Part shown: one piece after another, positions 59,434-64,000 of the stretch
Numbering within the stretch: the first letter of the stretch is position 1
Layout: the number at the start of each line of letters is the position of its first letter
DNA from: a bacterium
GTDB taxonomy: Bacteria > Hydrothermota > 32-111
Assembly (NCBI GenBank): GCA_050239825.1
Contig: JBFXGO010000001.1
Location: 64,001-128,000 of the forward strand
Direction: 5' to 3'
DNA: 64,000 nt
Notes under the pieces: generated by a model
The model's input: the letters and a program-made list of their open reading frames with translations, nothing else
Database searches by the model: none
Told to the model about the DNA's origin: nothing
Program-made: the position numbers and the translations under genes

Positions 59434-60293
59434 TAAGTGCAATAATAATAAATTATAACGGAAAGAGATTTGTTGACAAACTTGCAGATTCTTTGAATTC
59501 GCAGTCATCTCCTTATGATGAAGTTGTGATTGTTGACAACAACAGCACGGACGGAAGCGGAGAACTGCTCTTCAAGGAACTTCGAAATTGCGTTCTCTTG
59601 AAAATGAGTGTCAATAAGGGCTTTGCCTCTGCGGTCAATTTGGCGGTAAATCAATGCTCTGGAGAAAACATAATGCTTCTGAACAATGACCTTTACATTG
59701 ATGTCTGCTTCATAGAGAGAGCGTTGAAAAATATTGATGAAAATGATAAAACATTCTTCGCCCCTTTGGTGATGGATTACAGCGGAGAGAGAATAGATTC
59801 TGCCGGAGATGAAATATCTGCCGGATTCAGGCCAGTAAAAAGATTTTCCGGGCAGAAGAGAGAAAACATCAAGAGAGAGATGGTTAAGGGATTTTCAATG
59901 TCAGCCGCCTATTTCAGAAAGAAAGATTTTATCTCTCTTTGCGGTCTTGATGAGAAATTCTTCATGTATTTTGAGGATGTTGATTTTTCAATAAGGGCAT
60001 CTCAGAGAGGTTATACCATTCTGTTTACTCCCGAGTGCGTCGCTTATCACTATGTCTCCGCGGGCACAAAGAGCATAGGCAAGGGACTCTACTCTCCACA
60101 AAAAACATATTGGGAGGCAAGAAACCGAGTGTGGGCTTTCTTTAAATCATCTTATGCAAAGAATCCGCTTAAAGTAATGGAATTCATTTTTGGAACAGCT
60201 TCATCAATGAGGTTTCATGCAGTCAAATCAAAGTATATTCTGGAATACATGGAAGGTCTTATTGCCTCATTGAATCCTGGAAGAAGAAAATGA
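59430..60293 (+). CDS. GT2 glycosyltransferase
   Basis: IIINYNG, VDNNSTDGS, N.GFA..VN, LLNND, DEKFFMYFEDVDFS.R. Confidence 0.93.
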   Translation: MISAIIINYNGKRFVDKLADSLNSQSSPYDEVVIVDNNSTDGSGELLFKELRNCVLLKMSVNKGFASAVNLAVNQCSGENIMLLNNDLYIDVCFIERALKNIDENDKTFFAPLVMDYSGERIDSAGDEISAGFRPVKRFSGQKRENIKREMVKGFSMSAAYFRKKDFISLCGLDEKFFMYFEDVDFSIRASQRGYTILFTPECVAYHYVSAGTKSIGKGLYSPQKTYWEARNRVWAFFKSSYAKNPLKVMEFIFGTASSMRFHAVKSKYILEYMEGLIASLNPGRRK

Positions 60294-61096
60294 AATATTC
60301 CATTATAGTGCCATTTTACTCTCACCCTATAGATTCTGTTTTGGCAGTTGCAGAGGGAAGAAACGATACTGAGGTCATAATCTCCTTAACCGGAGAGAAA
60401 GAACTAAATTCACAATCATCGATGCTGATAATAGTGCAGTGCAGAGGTTGTGGTTATGGGGAAGCTGTAAACAGAGCAGTTGAGATATCAAGAGGAGATG
60501 TTCTGATAGTGATGAATGATGACATAATACTCGAAAATGATTTCATAGACAAGATTGATGTTCTTGACTTTGATATTCTCATTCCGCATGTGATTGACAT
60601 TAAGAGCGGAAATACCGAATCATACTATGCAGTTTTAAATTCTTTTTGGTATTCCAAATTAAGAACCAAAATATCAAATAAGGATGATAAATACATTCCC
60701 GGGTCGATTTTTGCTGTTAAGAGAGAAATTTTCATGAAGAGCGGAATGTTTGACAAAGATTATTTTATGTACTATGAGGACATTGATTTATCAAAGAGAA
60801 TTAAGAAAACAGCAAAGGTTTCTCTCGCTCCCGAAATAAAGGCATTTCACAAACACTCATTCTCGGACGGAGGAATGAAAAGATACTATCTGCAGAGAAA
60901 CCGGCTTCTGATGATATTGAAAAATTGCGCATCATGGATGCTCATACCTTTTGTCTTATATGCGATGACTTTTGAGAATCTGATAATGGTTGTTCAGATT
61001 GTAAGGCAAAAAAATCTTCTTCCGCTTAAAGCAAGGTATGACTTTTTCAGAATGTTCCCCAAGTTTTTCAGGAAGAGACATGAAAATACTCGTTGA
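60290..61096 (+). CDS. GT2 glycosyltransferase
   Basis: GYGEAVN, VMNDD, FDKDYFMYYEDIDLS.R, YYLQRNR. Confidence 0.88.
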   Translation: MKYSIIVPFYSHPIDSVLAVAEGRNDTEVIISLTGEKELNSQSSMLIIVQCRGCGYGEAVNRAVEISRGDVLIVMNDDIILENDFIDKIDVLDFDILIPHVIDIKSGNTESYYAVLNSFWYSKLRTKISNKDDKYIPGSIFAVKREIFMKSGMFDKDYFMYYEDIDLSKRIKKTAKVSLAPEIKAFHKHSFSDGGMKRYYLQRNRLLMILKNCASWMLIPFVLYAMTFENLIMVVQIVRQKNLLPLKARYDFFRMFPKFFRKRHENTR

Positions 61097-62111
61097 TGGA
61101 GCGACTCTCTCAAAGGGCGGCGGAGTGGCAGTATATTTGGAGAACATATTGAAAAATTTTACTGAGAGGAATATTATTATTCTTCTTGTGAGAGAAGAAA
61201 AGGATGGCTTGAAGTTTAAAGACAAGAAGAATGTTGAGTGCAGGAGAATGCCTTTTTACAATCTTTTAACGAGACTCTTTTATGAGCACCTTCTGATTCC
61301 TCTCTATGCATTTGTTAGAGGTGCGGATGCGATTTTTCTTCCTAAACAGTATGCGCCTCTTTTAAGAACAGTCAAGATAATAACCACAATACATGATTTC
61401 ATACCCGATAAGAAGGAGAGCGGTGAAAATCTTATAACCCGCATCTATTGGTCATTGCAGTATAATTTAATCAGCTTAAAGAGCGATGCTATAATATTTC
61501 CTGCAAGAACGGTGATTGATGAATACAGAAATAGATTCAAAAACTTGAACAGCAAAAAGCATGTTTTCATACCTGACGGTTTTGATAATTATGAGAAGAG
61601 AGCGGAGCAGAAGAAGATGTATATTTTGATACCTTCAACAATAAAGAAGAGAAAAAACATAGAGATTTCATTGAAACTTGCAAATAGGATAAAAGAGGAT
61701 TACAGTGACAAAGAGATTGTGATAACGGGAAGAGTGGATTCAATGGATATTATGGAGAAACTGAAAAAAGAGTGCGTTAAATGCACTCTGCTTGGATACG
61801 TGTCAAAGGAGAAAATGGAGGAGCTGTTCAATGACGCCTTTGTGATTCTTTATCTCTCTGAGCAAGAGGGATACGGACTTCCAATTGCGGAAGCGATATC
61901 TTTGGGCAAATATGTAGTTGCGGCGGAGACAGCTTTGAATAAGAGTATTTACGGGGATTTACCGATTTACTATAATCTTTCAGAGAGTCTTGATAAAAAT
62001 TACGAAAAAATAATGAAAAAACTAAAGGAAGGCATTAAATATGAAGAAAAGACAAGAACCTGGAAAGAAGCAGGAAGAGAGACGGAAATTTTCATTGAAT
62101 CTCTTATCTGA
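61080..62111 (+). CDS. GT4 glycosyltransferase
   Basis: Start MKILVD at 61080; GGVAVY, TIHD, RKN, EGYGLPIAEA. Confidence 0.88.
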   Translation: MKILVDGATLSKGGGVAVYLENILKNFTERNIIILLVREEKDGLKFKDKKNVECRRMPFYNLLTRLFYEHLLIPLYAFVRGADAIFLPKQYAPLLRTVKIITTIHDFIPDKKESGENLITRIYWSLQYNLISLKSDAIIFPARTVIDEYRNRFKNLNSKKHVFIPDGFDNYEKRAEQKKMYILIPSTIKKRKNIEISLKLANRIKEDYSDKEIVITGRVDSMDIMEKLKKECVKCTLLGYVSKEKMEELFNDAFVILYLSEQEGYGLPIAEAISLGKYVVAAETALNKSIYGDLPIYYNLSESLDKNYEKIMKKLKEGIKYEEKTRTWKEAGRETEIFIESLI

Positions 62112-63816
62112 CAAGAGATTCCTCCTTCTGCTCGCCGTTCTTTCTCTGTTATCGGTTCTGCCTCTTTTAACGACCTTAAACTATCCCTTCCAGTTCGATG
62201 ATTATCCCACAATATTTGAAGACCCCAATGTTGACAGTTTTAATGATATTTTTTCTCTGAAACTCTCCGAAAGGCCGATAAGGAAGATATCAATAATATT
62301 CGACAGAATGCTCTTCAAAGATAATGTATCTCTTTACAGAGGAGAGAATATCCTGCTTTATTTTATTACCATACTGCTGACCGCTCTTCTTGTTTACAGG
62401 ATGACGAAGGATAGAGCTTTTGTCGTCTTAACTCTCTTCATCTTCGCTTTTCATCCCGTGCACATGGAAAATGTGCTGATAATAACGCACAGAAAGGAAC
62501 TCTTTCTTTACATATTCTCAATGCTCTCTTTCTATGCCCATATTGAGAAAAAGAACATCTTGTCTGTTGTTTTCTTTTTTCTTGCGCTCTTCTCAAAGGA
62601 GGTCGCAGTTGTTCTTCCCTTGATATATTTTCTCTACGACAGATTGTTTAAAGTGCAGATAAACAAAAAACTCTACTATGTGTATTCCGGAATATATCTA
62701 ACTGGAATAATATCTGTAACACTTCTCTCGGATTTGACAGGTTTTTACCTGCCGTCTTTGACAAATATGAAGGAGTATTTCAGTGTCAACAGGATGCTGA
62801 GAAATGCGGATTATTTTGATATCATTAAGATTCAGCCGATACTTTTTGTGCAGTATATCAAAAACCTTATTGTTCCATTCAATCTCAATGTAGATTACTA
62901 TATCCCAGTCACAGAAGACATAAATTTGAAGTGGGCAGTCATGACCATTCTCTCTGCTGCATTTTTTGCGGGATTGTATTTTGCCAGAAAAAACAAGATA
63001 CTTTTGTTCTCAATGCTCTTTTTTGTCATATCTTATGCGCCTCTCTCAAATTTCATACCCGTACTAAATCTCTTTGCCGACAGGTATCTCTTTTTCCCCT
63101 CCTTTGCTTTAATTCTGTCTCTTTTTGTTGTCTTTAAAAATCTTGGCAGATACAGGTACGTTATCTATCTTCTTGCTCTTTACTATCTTGTCGTCTCTCT
63201 CTCCTACATTCCTTTTTTCAAAAGCGAGAAGAGCTTATGGGAGTATGTGGTGTCAAAGAATGGGAAATCCGTTGTAGGGCTGAACAATCTCGGTCTTTTC
63301 TCTTTAAAAGAGGGTGATTTTGACAATGCAGAGAAGTATCTCATAAAGGCGGTGGAGACGGATTCTATGTACGGAAATGCATACATCAATTTGGGAACCC
63401 TATACGCACAGAGAAGGGATTTTCGAAAAGCACTTATCTTTCTTGAAAAGGCAAACGAAGTAGAGCCTGACAATGTGAAGGCGCTGTACAATCTCGGCCT
63501 CACATATATGAATTTGGGAATGGCTCAGAAGGCTCAGGAGACAATGAAGAATATAATTAGAATATCTCCTGAATCCTCTCTTGCTTACAACAATCTCGGT
63601 GCGTCCCATTTTGAAGAGGGAGTTATGTACGAGAGCGCCATGAAGCTATTTTACACAACAATGTGCTATGGACTCTTTCCGTTTTTTATTGAGAATGCTC
63701 TTGAAAGTTATATTACTGCAAAGGGGTATTTTGAAGAGGGATTAAAGATGGACAAGTCCTATGAAAAACTCAAACAGAATGTTGAAAGGATAAATAAGAA
63801 AGTGCGCGGAGAGTAG
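62041..63816 (+). CDS. TMTC-like GT-C glycosyltransferase with C-terminal TPRs (start uncertain)
   Basis: FQFDD..I..DP.V, RP, FAFHPVHMENV..I..R.EL, ALFSKE, P..L..DY, ADRYLFFPS, then TPRs. Confidence 0.8.
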   Translation: MKKRQEPGKKQEERRKFSLNLLSDKRFLLLLAVLSLLSVLPLLTTLNYPFQFDDYPTIFEDPNVDSFNDIFSLKLSERPIRKISIIFDRMLFKDNVSLYRGENILLYFITILLTALLVYRMTKDRAFVVLTLFIFAFHPVHMENVLIITHRKELFLYIFSMLSFYAHIEKKNILSVVFFFLALFSKEVAVVLPLIYFLYDRLFKVQINKKLYYVYSGIYLTGIISVTLLSDLTGFYLPSLTNMKEYFSVNRMLRNADYFDIIKIQPILFVQYIKNLIVPFNLNVDYYIPVTEDINLKWAVMTILSAAFFAGLYFARKNKILLFSMLFFVISYAPLSNFIPVLNLFADRYLFFPSFALILSLFVVFKNLGRYRYVIYLLALYYLVVSLSYIPFFKSEKSLWEYVVSKNGKSVVGLNNLGLFSLKEGDFDNAEKYLIKAVETDSMYGNAYINLGTLYAQRRDFRKALIFLEKANEVEPDNVKALYNLGLTYMNLGMAQKAQETMKNIIRISPESSLAYNNLGASHFEEGVMYESAMKLFYTTMCYGLFPFFIENALESYITAKGYFEEGLKMDKSYEKLKQNVERINKKVRGE

Positions 63817-63843
63817 AACCCTCCGCGCTAATAAAAGAAAAAG
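63804..63843 (-). terminator. Terminator hairpin between convergent genes
   Basis: GCGCGGAG...CTCCGCGC hairpin overlapping the 63816 stop, between convergent genes; adjacent A-rich run; working strand uncertain. Confidence 0.5.
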
Positions 63844-63848
63844 TTGTA

Positions 63849-64000
63849 TTACTTTATTGCAATTACACCGAAATCAAATGATTCAGAACAGGTTTTGTTG
63901 TATCCGTAGTTGTCCTTTCCGTGAAGAAAGACTCTCAGAGTGACTCCTTCCCAATCATTTTCAACCATTTTATCCCAAACTTCATCAGGCAGAGGAAAAG
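63849..64000 (-). CDS. Hypothetical protein, C-terminal part only
   Basis: Open frame ...FPLPDEVWDKMVENDWEGVTLRVFLHGKDNYGYNKTCSESFDFGVIAIK* convergent on a hairpin. Confidence 0.55.
   Translation of the reverse strand, partial: FPLPDEVWDKMVENDWEGVTLRVFLHGKDNYGYNKTCSESFDFGVIAIK

Overview
AT-rich bacterial chromosomal segment, mostly + strand. T9SS-type C-terminal sorting domains, a PorV/PorQ barrel, bS22 and LptE suggest a diderm FCB-related lineage such as WOR-3/TA06; this taxonomy is inference. 1-7 kb: partial neuB, then a decaying island of CTD-bearing secreted proteins interrupted by IS256-type ends. 7-11 kb: sigma-54 two-component pair, lemA and an internally deleted DUF2207-like gene. 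10.8-12 kb and 34.3-35.4 kb: two non-coding mosaic arrays built from one conserved 111-bp imperfect palindrome, usually spaced 318-322 bp apart, with interchangeable structured modules between copies. One module shows compensatory base-pair changes and a hypervariable pentamer. 12-22 kb: a tiny histone-H1-like ORF and two tandem-cyclase/STAND-ATPase/TPR proteins. 22-48 kb: mostly housekeeping (SGNH+MBOAT, pyrKDFE, yebC, ruvCAB, queA, tgt, mnmA, gcvTHPA, B12-mutase accessory genes, HU, bS22) plus three tRNAs, including an unusual tRNA-Leu(AAG). 48-64 kb: CTD protein / TonB-dependent receptor / large CTD protein / PorV-like barrel / clostripain locus, then three glycosyltransferases and a TMTC-like GT-C. 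Best candidates for undescribed biology: the modular palindrome arrays, the TBDR-cargo-PorV locus with adjacent glycosylation genes, the cyclase-STAND-TPR pair and the A34 tRNA-Leu. All calls come from manual reading; no searches were run.
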